Source: Candidatus Latescibacterota bacterium (lineage in GTDB: Bacteria; Latescibacterota; UBA2968). Taken from it: 64,000 nucleotides of DNA. Shown here piece after piece: positions 18,042-27,342 of this stretch. A program made the position numbers and the translations under genes. Position 1 is the first letter of the stretch. Every line of letters begins with the position of its first letter. Under the pieces are notes generated by a model. The model saw nothing but the letters and a program-made list of their open reading frames with translations, was not told the origin of the DNA and made no database searches. Location of the stretch: assembly GCA_965116885.1 (NCBI GenBank), contig OZ220741.1, forward strand, positions 3,008,001-3,072,000, written 5' to 3'.

Positions 18042-18111
18042 TTGTCGGTCAAAGATATACAAGCGGGTAATTTTTGGCAACCTCAAACCTGCTGAGAGAG
18101 GATAGCTATGG

Positions 18112-19194
18112 CTAAAAAAACGATGTTTTGTGTTTTTGTTCGCGTTCGTAGCGTTCAATGCCCAGTTGAATGAGACGATCAATTAATTCAGTATAAGAAA
18201 TGCCACTGGCTTCCCACAGCTTGGGATACATGCTGATCCGCGTAAAGCCGGGAATTGTATTGATTTCATTTACCACAAAGGTGCCGTCATTTTTGAGAAA
18301 GAAATCCGCGCGTGCCATGCCCTCACAGCACAGGACTTGAAATGTGTGAATGGCAAGGGCCTGTACCTGCTTTACAGCTTCTTCGGATAAATTAGCGGGG
18401 ATGTGTAAGATCGCGCCTTTTTCATCCAGGTATTTTGCTTCGTAGGAATAAAACTCGTGCTGTGGCAAGATTTCGCCGGGGATTGAAACAATGGGTGTTT
18501 CGTTGCCCAATACTGAACATTCGATTTCTCGACCTTTGACAAAAGCCTCGATCAGTACCTTCTTGTCGTATCGAAATGCTTCTTGCAACGCGGGGATTAG
18601 CGCGCTTTTGTCGTGTACTTTACTCACGCCAACCGATGAACCCAAATTTGCTGGCTTTACAAATAGAGGCAATCCCAGTTCTGAAATCACATCATTCACG
18701 TCCAGATTGTCCAACTGGAATTGATGTACTGTTCGCCAGGCGGCAACGGGAATATTGGCATCGCGCAACAGGCGTTTCATGACATCCTTATCCATCCCAA
18801 CAGCCGAGCCGAGTACATCGGCACCTACATAGGGGACATCGGCCAATCTCAAAAATCCCTGTACTGTACCGTCTTCTCCCAGGGGGCCGTGCAAGACGGG
18901 AAAGACCACATCGACTGAGTCGGATGCAGACTGCCCCACGAGTTCACCGCGCCCTTCTGGCCTCAATGTAATCAGTGCGTTTTGATCTGCATCGGAAAGC
19001 CCTTCTGTATTCGCTTCTGGCAATAGTTGTTCGGCTTCGTTTAAGAACCATTGACCCGATTTGTCGATTCCTATTGGGACGACTTCGTATTTGGTCTTGT
19101 CAATGGCGTCAATGATGTTGCGCGCAGATTGCAGTGATACTTCGTGCTCTGCCGATTTTCCACCAAATAATATGCCGACGCGGATCTTTTTCAT
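18112..19194 (-). CDS. ddl: D-alanine--D-alanine ligase
   Basis: GGKSAEHEVS, HGPLGEDG, KPANLGSSVG, NEINTIPG, SMYP; ATG overlaps the DedA stop. Confidence 0.96.
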   Translation of the reverse strand: MKKIRVGILFGGKSAEHEVSLQSARNIIDAIDKTKYEVVPIGIDKSGQWFLNEAEQLLPEANTEGLSDADQNALITLRPEGRGELVGQSASDSVDVVFPVLHGPLGEDGTVQGFLRLADVPYVGADVLGSAVGMDKDVMKRLLRDANIPVAAWRTVHQFQLDNLDVNDVISELGLPLFVKPANLGSSVGVSKVHDKSALIPALQEAFRYDKKVLIEAFVKGREIECSVLGNETPIVSIPGEILPQHEFYSYEAKYLDEKGAILHIPANLSEEAVKQVQALAIHTFQVLCCEGMARADFFLKNDGTFVVNEINTIPGFTRISMYPKLWEASGISYTELIDRLIQLGIERYEREQKHKTSFF

Positions 19195-19880
19195 GTTTCT
19201 CTCTGCTTTTTTTTTCGCCACCACCAGAATCCGAGTATGCCCACAACGATCAGGCATGCCACGATGCGGTTATACGTTTTTAGTACAGTGACTACGAGTT
19301 GCCAGTTTTCGCCGACGGTAAAGCCAAAGTAGATCAGCAGACTATTCCACAATAATGTGCCAAATAACACGTAAAGCGTCATGCGCAGGGGGTGCATCTG
19401 GCTGATGCCGGCCACAATGCCGACAAATATCCGCACGGCGGGCAAAAAGCGGTTGAATATGACGATTTTGTCGCCATAGCGATTGAACCAGGTTTCGGTG
19501 CGGTGCAGGTTTTCTTCGTTCAAGAACTTTATATTCAACCGCAAGAAGAACGATCGACCCTTTACAAATGCGATGGCGTAAAGGAGCAAACAGCCCACTG
19601 CGCTGCCTATCCACATGGCAAAATACGCAGGCCAAACAGCGATTATCCCAATGCCAGCCAAATAAGCGCCGAATACAATCAGGGTATCACCGGGAATGAT
19701 AGGTACTATGTTCTCTAAAAAAGCACCCAGAAACAAAAAAAAGTAAATCCACCCTGGCGGTTGATTTCTCAAATAGGGGAGAAAAGAATCCCAGAGTTCA
19801 GTAAAATAGGGGAGAAAAGAATCCCAGAGTTCAGTAAAATAGGTGAGGAAAGAACCCCAGAGTTCAGTAAAGTACTCCAA
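19191..19880 (-). CDS. DedA family membrane protein with N-terminal 11-aa tandem repeats
   Basis: ENIVPIIPGD, WFNRYG, RFLPAVR, AG motifs; TTG 19880 follows AAGGA. Confidence 0.9.
   Translation of the reverse strand: MEYFTELWGSFLTYFTELWDSFLPYFTELWDSFLPYLRNQPPGWIYFFLFLGAFLENIVPIIPGDTLIVFGAYLAGIGIIAVWPAYFAMWIGSAVGCLLLYAIAFVKGRSFFLRLNIKFLNEENLHRTETWFNRYGDKIVIFNRFLPAVRIFVGIVAGISQMHPLRMTLYVLFGTLLWNSLLIYFGFTVGENWQLVVTVLKTYNRIVACLIVVGILGFWWWRKKKQRET
19771..19869. repeat. Three 33-bp in-frame tandem repeats
   Basis: AAATAGGGGAGAAAAGAATCCCAGAGTTCAGTA twice, plus one variant copy; encodes YFTELW(D/G)SFL(P/T). Confidence 0.95.
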
Positions 19881-19941
19881 TTTGTATCCTTTAGATGTGA
19901 TACAGGAAGCAGTTATATTTTTGAATAAACTACACAATAAG

Positions 19942-21108
19942 TCAATAACTGTTTATTAACGCTACCGCCTGTGCTGCTATGCCTTCTTCGCGTCCGACAA
20001 AACCCATGTATTCGGTTGTGGTTGCTTTTACCGATATAAGATCAACCGACACTTCCAATGCGCGTGCTATGTTTTTGCGCATTTGTTCAATATACGGCGA
20101 TAGCTTTGGGCGTTGCGCCATCACGGTTGCATCCACGTTGAGCACCTGTGCGTGCGATTCTTTCAGAATGTGGGCCACGCGCGCCAGCAATGTGAGACTT
20201 GATATATCTTTGTACGCGGCGTCTGTATCGGGAAAGAGCTGACCAATGTCGCCGGCACCCAGCGCGCCCAATAGGGCATCGATGACGACATGGATTAATA
20301 CATCTGCATCTGAGTGGCCCAGGAGTCCTTTTTCGTGGGGAATATGTACGCCGCCTAAGATCAGCGCACGGTCTTCTACGAGTTGATGCGCGTCATAGCC
20401 CTGACCAATCCGCAATGTCGGTGTCACTTCGCCTCGTTTTTCTAAAATGTACAATCCCATGTCGAGGTCTTCTGGCGATGTAATTTTGATATTGTCAGCG
20501 CGCCCGGGCACAATGATTACAGCCTCGCCCAAACGCTCTACCAGAGCCGTGTCATCTGTGCCCAGATATCCCGTTTCGCGCGCGGCACTATGGGCGCGGG
20601 AGATTACTTCTCGGCGAAATGCCTGGGGCGTTTGCACGGCTCGCAATGTCGATCTGTCCAGGGTTTTTACGACCTGGTCGCTCTGTACGCGTTTTATCGT
20701 ATCTGTCACTGGTGTGCCCAAAACAGCGGCGCCGTGTTCAGTCGCTGCCAGGACTACGGCATTGATATCTTCGGGTGTTACATAAGCTCGTGCGCCGTCA
20801 TGGACGGCAACTACGTCGGCATCTTGTGGTATTGCTTGTAGCCCACAGACCACGGAGTCCTGTCGTTCTGCACCGCCAGCGACCACATCGACTACTTTGG
20901 GAAATTTTTTCTTTCCGAATCGTTCTCGACAAGTAGCGATGTCTTCACGTCCTACGACCAGTACAACGCGGTCAATGCGGTCTGCGCGTTCAAATGCGGT
21001 CAATGTCCAGGCCAATACAGGACGTCCGGCAAGGTCGAGAAATTGCTTTGGGATATGTGTCCCCATTCGCTTTCCCGATCCAGCAGCGAGAATGATGGCG
21101 TAGTTCAT
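19942..21108 (-). CDS. ispDF: Bifunctional IspD/IspF (MEP pathway)
   Basis: LAAGSGKRM, PKQF, VHDGAR, QTPQAF, NIKIT; then RIGQGYDAH, GHSDAD, KATTTE. Confidence 0.96.
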   Translation of the reverse strand: MNYAIILAAGSGKRMGTHIPKQFLDLAGRPVLAWTLTAFERADRIDRVVLVVGREDIATCRERFGKKKFPKVVDVVAGGAERQDSVVCGLQAIPQDADVVAVHDGARAYVTPEDINAVVLAATEHGAAVLGTPVTDTIKRVQSDQVVKTLDRSTLRAVQTPQAFRREVISRAHSAARETGYLGTDDTALVERLGEAVIIVPGRADNIKITSPEDLDMGLYILEKRGEVTPTLRIGQGYDAHQLVEDRALILGGVHIPHEKGLLGHSDADVLIHVVIDALLGALGAGDIGQLFPDTDAAYKDISSLTLLARVAHILKESHAQVLNVDATVMAQRPKLSPYIEQMRKNIARALEVSVDLISVKATTTEYMGFVGREEGIAAQAVALINSY

Positions 21109-21131
21109 GGTAAGCTTTCAGCTTTTTGCTC

Positions 21132-22313
21132 TTATGCGTTATACTGATCCTGTTCCCGTTTGGCCCAGTCGGCGTTGACAAACATGTTCAGGCCCGGATC
21201 GGCGTATATGCCGTCTATTTTGTCGCCGTCGTGCTGTCGCAAGAAGTCGATGTCGATCTCTACACCCCAGCCCGGACCACCGGGCAATTCAAAATGACCA
21301 TCTACGACTTCGGGGTACGGGGTTCCCGCGCGTTTGACGTGCTCATCTGCAAAATCATTAAAATGTTCGAGCACTTTGCCATTGCGGAGGGTTGCCATCA
21401 GGTGAAGGGTCGCAACGGTGGTGATAATTCCGCCGACATTGTGCGGCGCGACCATCACGTTGTAGGTTTCAGCCGTTGAGGCGATTTTTTTGGTTTCCAA
21501 TAGGCCGCCACACTGGTTTAAGTCTGGCTGGATAATATCCACGACCCGCATGGGAAATAGGTCTCTAAATTCTGCGGCTTTGTAAAGCCGTTCTCCGGTT
21601 GCAATTGGAATGGACGTGTGTTGCGCTACTTTGGTCAATGCACCCAAATCTTCCGGACGCGTCGGTTCTTCAATCCATCCCGGGCGCAGGTGTTCAATTG
21701 CTTTGGCGATTTCGATGGCCTGATGCGCTGCAAACCGACCGTGCATTTCCACAAAAATTTGTACGCGATCACCCACCACGGAATGCACGGCTTCGATCAA
21801 TTCAACAGATTTAAAAAATTCGTCGCGCGTCAGTTCCAGGTTGCCATTGCCAAATGGATCGAATTTTAGACCGATATATCCGCGGTCGATCACTTTTTGA
21901 GCCGCTTTGGCAAATTCTTCTGGCGAACGCTCCACTGTGTACCAGCCATTTGCATAAGCGGGCACGCGATCAATGGTTTTGCCGCCGATGAGATTGTACA
22001 CGGGCTGATTGGTCAATTTGCCAATACAATCCCAACACGCCATTTCTACGAGTGCCAGTCCGGTCATCACAACTTCACCCGGCACACCGAAATCGTGGAG
22101 TGTAAATCGGCAATACAGGTCCTCTATATCGTACACACTGTGTCCGATGAAATGACGCCTGGTGTCTTTCAGAAATTCCAGCACAGTGTGCGTTTTGCCC
22201 AGGACGCGCGCTTCGCCAACCCCACGTGTGCCGTCTTCCAATTCGATGAATACATACGTCAAATTGCGCCAGGGCGTTCCCAGCACATAAGTTTCGTAAT
22301 TTTTGATTTTCAA
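21132..22313 (-). CDS. Mandelate racemase/enolase superfamily protein (galactonate dehydratase-like)
   Basis: AYANGWY, KFDPFG, EMHGR, WIEEP, ATGER, QPD, APHN; TTG 22313 follows AAGGAG. Confidence 0.88.
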   Translation of the reverse strand: MKIKNYETYVLGTPWRNLTYVFIELEDGTRGVGEARVLGKTHTVLEFLKDTRRHFIGHSVYDIEDLYCRFTLHDFGVPGEVVMTGLALVEMACWDCIGKLTNQPVYNLIGGKTIDRVPAYANGWYTVERSPEEFAKAAQKVIDRGYIGLKFDPFGNGNLELTRDEFFKSVELIEAVHSVVGDRVQIFVEMHGRFAAHQAIEIAKAIEHLRPGWIEEPTRPEDLGALTKVAQHTSIPIATGERLYKAAEFRDLFPMRVVDIIQPDLNQCGGLLETKKIASTAETYNVMVAPHNVGGIITTVATLHLMATLRNGKVLEHFNDFADEHVKRAGTPYPEVVDGHFELPGGPGWGVEIDIDFLRQHDGDKIDGIYADPGLNMFVNADWAKREQDQYNA

Positions 22314-22330
22314 GGGGTGCTCCTTTTTCG

Positions 22331-23368
22331 CTATAATATCATCATTGCATCGCCGTAGCTGTAAAACCGATAGGCTTCGCGCACGGCTTCGCGGTATGCT
22401 CGCATCGCAAAATCGCGCCCCATGAATGCGGCGATGAGCATGAGCAAAGTGGATTCTGGCAGATGGAAATTTGTGATTAGACCATCTACCAATCGAAAAT
22501 TGTAGGGCGGATAGATAAAGATGTGCGTCCAGTCCGAGCCTGATTTTAGTTGCCAATTTGATCCGATTTTCACTGCTGCGGACTCAAGTGTGCGCACCGA
22601 GGTCGTTCCCACTGCTATGACGCGCCCGCCATTTGCCCGGCATCGGTTGACGGTTTCTGCCGCGCTTTCATCAATTTTCCAAAATTCCGCACCCATTTTG
22701 TGGTCGCGCACATCGTCTGCTTTCACGGGTTTGAATGTGCCGGGTCCTACATGTAGCAGGATTCGCGCTAAGCTCACGCCCAATGCTTCAATTTTTGCCA
22801 ATAGATCGGGGGTAAAATGAAGCCCTGCGGTAGGAGCGGCGACAGATCCGCGCACGCGCGCATAGACCGTCTGATACCGATCTTTGTCAGAGGCGCGATC
22901 TTCTCGACGAATATAGGGCGGCAATGGTACATGACCATGCGTTTTTAGGAGTTCGTCAAGTGATCCTTTGCCCTCAAACCGCACGCGGCGGTTGCCCGAA
23001 TCGAGTACATCTTCGACAGTGGCAATCAGGTCAGATCCTTCAAAAGCAATTTCAGCCCCAATGCGCAATCGCCGCCCGGGTCGCGCCATTACTTCCCAGC
23101 TATCGCCATTGGGATGCAGCAGCAAAAGTTCTACCGCGCCTCGAGTGATTGGCCGGTATCCTTTTAATCGCGCGGGAAATACCCGCGTTTCGTTCAATAC
23201 CAGACAATCGCCCGCGCGCAAGAAGTTGGGCAATTCCCGAAATGTTCGATGTTCAATCTCGCGGTGCGTGCGATTTGCCACCATCAAACGGGACTCATCG
23301 CGCTCAGCCGTTGGGTATTGTGCGATCAGGTAGTTGGGTAATTCGTAATAAAAATCAGAACGCTTCAC
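22331..23368 (-). CDS. queA: S-adenosylmethionine:tRNA ribosyltransferase-isomerase
   Basis: DFYYELP, PLPPYI, YQTVYA, AAPTAGLHF, HVGPGTF, TNFHLP, YRFYSYGDAM. Confidence 0.97.
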   Translation of the reverse strand: MKRSDFYYELPNYLIAQYPTAERDESRLMVANRTHREIEHRTFRELPNFLRAGDCLVLNETRVFPARLKGYRPITRGAVELLLLHPNGDSWEVMARPGRRLRIGAEIAFEGSDLIATVEDVLDSGNRRVRFEGKGSLDELLKTHGHVPLPPYIRREDRASDKDRYQTVYARVRGSVAAPTAGLHFTPDLLAKIEALGVSLARILLHVGPGTFKPVKADDVRDHKMGAEFWKIDESAAETVNRCRANGGRVIAVGTTSVRTLESAAVKIGSNWQLKSGSDWTHIFIYPPYNFRLVDGLITNFHLPESTLLMLIAAFMGRDFAMRAYREAVREAYRFYSYGDAMMIL

Positions 23369-23399
23369 TGGACGAGTTTTTGAAAAAGTGAGAAGTATC

Positions 23400-23427
23400 C
23401 GCAGATGGACGCAGATGGACACAGATA
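23400..23427. repeat. Short GCAGATGGAC repeat, with a second copy at 47994-48010
   Basis: CGCAGATGGACGCAGATGGACACAGATA here; GCAGATGGACACAGATA after the Omp85 gene. Confidence 0.7.
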
Positions 23428-23446
23428 CCGGCAGTACTGTATCGTA

Positions 23447-24226
23447 TCATTCAAAGAGCGATGGAAAGTGACGGTGGGGTTCTGCTGGCTCTCTGAAGAG
23501 AATTTGCTGGCGCAGTGTCAGTTCTGTGTTGGTTGGCGGTTGTACGCGATTGGGTCTCCAGGCGGTGTGCGCTACGCAGTATTTATAGAGGAGAGAGCGG
23601 CGTTCGTGCTTGCCGTACCAGGCCGATGTTCCGTGCGTTAGAGCTTCGGTAAATAAAATGGCAGAGCCAGCGGGTGCATGCGGAATGATTATAAGGGGCG
23701 ATTTTTCGGGGGTATCGAATATCTTTTTGGGCAATCGGTAGTTGCTTTTGTGGCTACCGGGAATGCAGCAGAATCCCCCGTGGTCCGGTCCCGCGTCTGT
23801 GAGGCTCCACGCGACAACCATGAATCCGTCGGTGATCTCGTGTTTTGGAAAATTATAGTATTTGCCCGGCACTGATCCAGAAATGGGCGACATGGCACCG
23901 TAGTCGGCGTGCAGGCGTCCTCTACCCATACCCGCTTTCATATACATGCCATAGAGGCGATCAAGGCGAAAGCAGTCGCCCAATCGGAAGCGCAATATGG
24001 GCATAATTTGAGGGTGATCGAGGAGGTCGCAAAAGGGCTTGCCCCATTGCAGAAAGCCCGGGCCGTCCGGTGCGCTGCCAAATCGCTGCGTTTTGCCCGG
24101 TGAGGGCAGTTTTTGTTGGTCAAATAGCGCATTGAGTGTTGCCACTTCATCTGCGTTTAAGACATTTTTAACGACGAGGTAGCCTTGCAAGTCGAGCAGG
24201 TACTGTTGTGTTTCAAGGTCTTCCAT
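23447..24226 (-). CDS. Phytanoyl-CoA dioxygenase (PhyH) family protein
   Basis: DLQGYLVVKNVL, LHAD, CIPGSHK, FTEALTHG. Confidence 0.9.
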   Translation of the reverse strand: MEDLETQQYLLDLQGYLVVKNVLNADEVATLNALFDQQKLPSPGKTQRFGSAPDGPGFLQWGKPFCDLLDHPQIMPILRFRLGDCFRLDRLYGMYMKAGMGRGRLHADYGAMSPISGSVPGKYYNFPKHEITDGFMVVAWSLTDAGPDHGGFCCIPGSHKSNYRLPKKIFDTPEKSPLIIIPHAPAGSAILFTEALTHGTSAWYGKHERRSLLYKYCVAHTAWRPNRVQPPTNTELTLRQQILFREPAEPHRHFPSLFE

Positions 24227-24449
24227 AATGCCCTCCTGTTGTTTTTAGATGATGTGGTGTAGTGTCCTGGAGTATCATCTTGGTTGGACTATATTAGATT
24301 TCGACTTTGGACGCAAGGAGAAAGACCAGCAAACGGTTGGTTGCAAAATCAGGTGGGACGCATTATATTTCTCCGGGCTTTATTATTTTATGCGAAAGAA
24401 ACGGTGTATATCGCACCGTTTCTTTTTTTCCGAATAACAGGAGTGTGCT

Positions 24450-25490
24450 ATGGCAGTTAAAACATGTCTTATGGTGGGCGGCGGTGGTATGGCAGGGGGC
24501 TGGATCAATCGCATGACGCAAAAATTTGGAGATCGCATCAAAATTATCGGTCTCGTCGATGTCAATCGGGATGTGCTGGACCGTCAGGCGCAGGCACTTG
24601 GCCTGTCTGAAGATCAACTTTTTACCTCATACGAAGATGCTGTGTCCGCTGTCAAAGCCGATTTTTGTGGTGTGGCAACACCGCCGCCGTTTCACGCGCC
24701 GGCAACGGTTGCCGCGCTTGAGGCGGGCATGCCTGTGATATCTGAGAAGCCGATTGCAGATACGCTCAATGCGGCCAAAGACATGGTTCGCGCTGCCCAA
24801 AAGACGGGCTTGCCCTGCGCCATTATTCAAAATTATCGCTATGCTCGAAACAAACAGGAACTCGTTCGCATTCGCAATGAGGGGCGTCTTGGTCGGCTCC
24901 AGCATATTGTTGGGCGCTATGCCTGCGATTACCGGGAATTTGAGTCGTGGGGCAAAGCCTGGCGGCATACGATGGAATTTGGTCTTCTCTTTGAAGGCTC
25001 GGTGCATCATTTTGACATGCTGCGGTTTCTTTCGGGTGGCGATCCCGATACGCTTATGGGATTTGGCTGGAATCCCGAATGGTCGAGTTTTGATCACCAT
25101 TCAAGCGGGATGTATCTCGTGAATATGGACAATGGCACGCATGCATTTTACGAGGGGAACAGCTCGGCGGCGGGTATTACCAACTGCTGGCACCGGGAAC
25201 ACTATCGCGCTGAATTTGAAGAAGGTACGGTCGAAATTGCCGAAGGTGATACCGTGACTATTCACCGCGTTGGGCAAGAGCCAGAAGTTTATGAAGCACC
25301 TGAAATTGAATGGGAAGGTCACGATCATCTCTTTGATGAGTTTCTCAATTGGCTCGACGGGGGACCGCCTTCCGAGACGCGCATTGAAAAGAATATTATT
25401 TCGTATGCTATGGTTATCGCCGCAATGGAGACGACGCTGGATGGACAGCCGAAGAAAATCGCAGATTATGTTGCGGATCTTGGATTGTAG
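24450..25490 (+). CDS. Gfo/Idh/MocA family oxidoreductase
   Basis: VGGGGMA Rossmann motif, ATPP..H, SEKP, QNYRY, VHHFD. Confidence 0.9.
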   Translation: MAVKTCLMVGGGGMAGGWINRMTQKFGDRIKIIGLVDVNRDVLDRQAQALGLSEDQLFTSYEDAVSAVKADFCGVATPPPFHAPATVAALEAGMPVISEKPIADTLNAAKDMVRAAQKTGLPCAIIQNYRYARNKQELVRIRNEGRLGRLQHIVGRYACDYREFESWGKAWRHTMEFGLLFEGSVHHFDMLRFLSGGDPDTLMGFGWNPEWSSFDHHSSGMYLVNMDNGTHAFYEGNSSAAGITNCWHREHYRAEFEEGTVEIAEGDTVTIHRVGQEPEVYEAPEIEWEGHDHLFDEFLNWLDGGPPSETRIEKNIISYAMVIAAMETTLDGQPKKIADYVADLGL

Positions 25491-25516
25491 TCATAGATCA
25501 ACTTGCCAAATCGCAA

Positions 25517-25549
25517 AAAGCCCCCCGTAGTACTATTTCGGGGGGCTTT
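25517..25549. terminator. Probable bidirectional intrinsic terminator
   Basis: AAAGCCCCCCG...CGGGGGGCTTT between convergent genes. Confidence 0.8.
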
Positions 25550-25563
25550 GAATAGTAAATAGA

Positions 25564-26376
25564 TTAGCAACATCCTATGCTCGACAAGATTCCCCTGATA
25601 TATCCCAGCGTGAATGCGAGGTCACGGTCGATACCCTCAGGCGTTTTAGAGCCGACGCATTCTACGTAGAGGGGACCTGTGAATCCTCCGCCGGTTAGTC
25701 CGGATAAGATGCGGTGAAAATCGACTTCACCATCTCCCGCTGTGGTCTGCACATTGGGGTTGTTCTCAGAGTCCAATGCACAATCTTTTACAATCGCTGT
25801 TGAGGTGTATTTTGCAATATCATCCACTTCCTGCTCTGGGCGCACTTCGCCGCGCGTGTAGTGAATGATGTTGCCCGGGTCGTAGCTTACTGCAAATGCG
25901 GGGTGATTGATCTGGTGATACAGATCGATCAATTCTTTTGCTGTCAGGCTGATGCCCCCGTGTGGCTTGAGGGAAATTCCCAGGTCTAAGGTTTCCGCGT
26001 GTTCGGCTGCACGGCGCATGACTTCGGGATAGATGCCGTAGTATTCTTTTTTGCCCGTTCCCAATTCCAGTATCCACTTTGCGCCGAGTTCGGCGGCGTT
26101 ATCCAATAATTGTTTATACGCATCTACTGCACCATCCACGCCGAGGTCCAACAGTGCTCTGCCGAGCAACATGGATGGGTTGACGCCTGCCTGGGCAGCG
26201 GCTTTTTTGGTGGCTGCGATTTGCGCGGCACTGCTTTCTGTACTTACGGGTATAACCCCATCGTGTGCAAATACGGCTACGTCCGTATATCCCGCGCTTG
26301 CGATGTGTTCACAGGCCTCTGCAAATGACAGGGCGTTGAGAGGCCGCGTTGTGCTGCCAATGACCAGTTCCATCAT
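25564..26376 (-). CDS. Sugar phosphate isomerase/epimerase (AP endonuclease 2 TIM barrel)
   Basis: LKPHGG, YDPGN, VKD, GDGEVDF, FTGPLYVE. Confidence 0.8.
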   Translation of the reverse strand: MMELVIGSTTRPLNALSFAEACEHIASAGYTDVAVFAHDGVIPVSTESSAAQIAATKKAAAQAGVNPSMLLGRALLDLGVDGAVDAYKQLLDNAAELGAKWILELGTGKKEYYGIYPEVMRRAAEHAETLDLGISLKPHGGISLTAKELIDLYHQINHPAFAVSYDPGNIIHYTRGEVRPEQEVDDIAKYTSTAIVKDCALDSENNPNVQTTAGDGEVDFHRILSGLTGGGFTGPLYVECVGSKTPEGIDRDLAFTLGYIRGILSSIGCC

Positions 26377-26397
26377 TTACTCCTTTGCGAATTGTGT

Positions 26398-27219
26398 TCA
26401 TCCGTGGGTACTAATGTCTTTTCCACAATGTGGGCATTTATCGCCGCGATGAGATTCCTGCATGGCTTCGACAAATCCGGAACTCAAAATGCCAGCGGGC
26501 AAGGCAAACATCCCAACGCCGAGTACGGCAATTAATGCCCCGAAGAATTTGCCCAATGGCGTTATGGGAAAGACATCGCCGTAGCCCACGGTTGTCAGCG
26601 TTACTATTCCCCACCACATGGTTGTTGGAATGCTCGAAAATGCCTCGGGTTGTGCATGGTGTTCGACAAAATACATCAAGCTGGATACAATGACCAATAA
26701 AAGTGTTAGTGCAAATGCCACGATATAGAGTTCTCGGCGTTTTTGCCATATTACCTGGCCAAACATTTGCATTGAATGCGAATAGCGGCCCACTTTGAGC
26801 AGGCGAAATAATCGCAACAAGCGCAGGGGGAGCGTGTAATCAGGCGGTATTACAACCAGCAAGAAGACGTAATAGGGAAATATGGCGATGAAATCAATCA
26901 GCGCCAGAGGCGTCAGCATAAATGCCAACCGCCCAGTCAGGGGACGCGCGAATTTTGTATCTGCCGTGCAACACCAGATACGCAGCAGGTATTCAACGGT
27001 GAAGATCAGCACGCATACAGTTTCAAAAAGCTCGATAAATTTGCCATAAGCCTCATTAATTCCCTCGACGGTTTCGAGTATGACCATTGTCACATTCAGG
27101 ACGATGAGGGTGATAATAAAAAGATCAACTGTGCGGCTTAGCAGATCCCCTTCTTCGGCTTTTTCCAGGATTGCGTACAAGTGTGCTTTTGCGGTCATTG
27201 CGTTTACCTCCCGCTCCAA
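26398..27219 (-). CDS. Voltage-gated potassium channel-like ion transporter
   Basis: S4-like LRLLRLFRLLK, selectivity filter TTVGYGD, terminal CPHC; start may be ATG ~27198. Confidence 0.92.
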   Translation of the reverse strand: MEREVNAMTAKAHLYAILEKAEEGDLLSRTVDLFIITLIVLNVTMVILETVEGINEAYGKFIELFETVCVLIFTVEYLLRIWCCTADTKFARPLTGRLAFMLTPLALIDFIAIFPYYVFLLVVIPPDYTLPLRLLRLFRLLKVGRYSHSMQMFGQVIWQKRRELYIVAFALTLLLVIVSSLMYFVEHHAQPEAFSSIPTTMWWGIVTLTTVGYGDVFPITPLGKFFGALIAVLGVGMFALPAGILSSGFVEAMQESHRGDKCPHCGKDISTHG

Positions 27220-27342
27220 AATAGAATTGTTTTGTGCTCTTTACAAGTGAATATTAAGCGGTGAGATGTAAGAGGCGGGAGTCCGCAGTCTCCAGTCCCC
27301 TGTAATGGGTTGCGGGACGGAGTTTATCAAAGGAGATTTTAT

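Noticed and set aside
19771..19869. 33-bp repeats as a CRISPR array
   Set aside because: Units are contiguous with no spacers, lie in frame within DedA, and no cas genes are present.
22314..22556. N-terminal extension of the enolase-superfamily ORF (474-aa call)
   Set aside because: It overlaps the queA 3' end; TTG 22313 has an AAGGAG RBS.
16488..24226. PhyH dioxygenases as tailoring enzymes of the peptide cluster
   Set aside because: They are on the opposite strand, separated by the defence block, and belong to a family often present in many dispersed copies.
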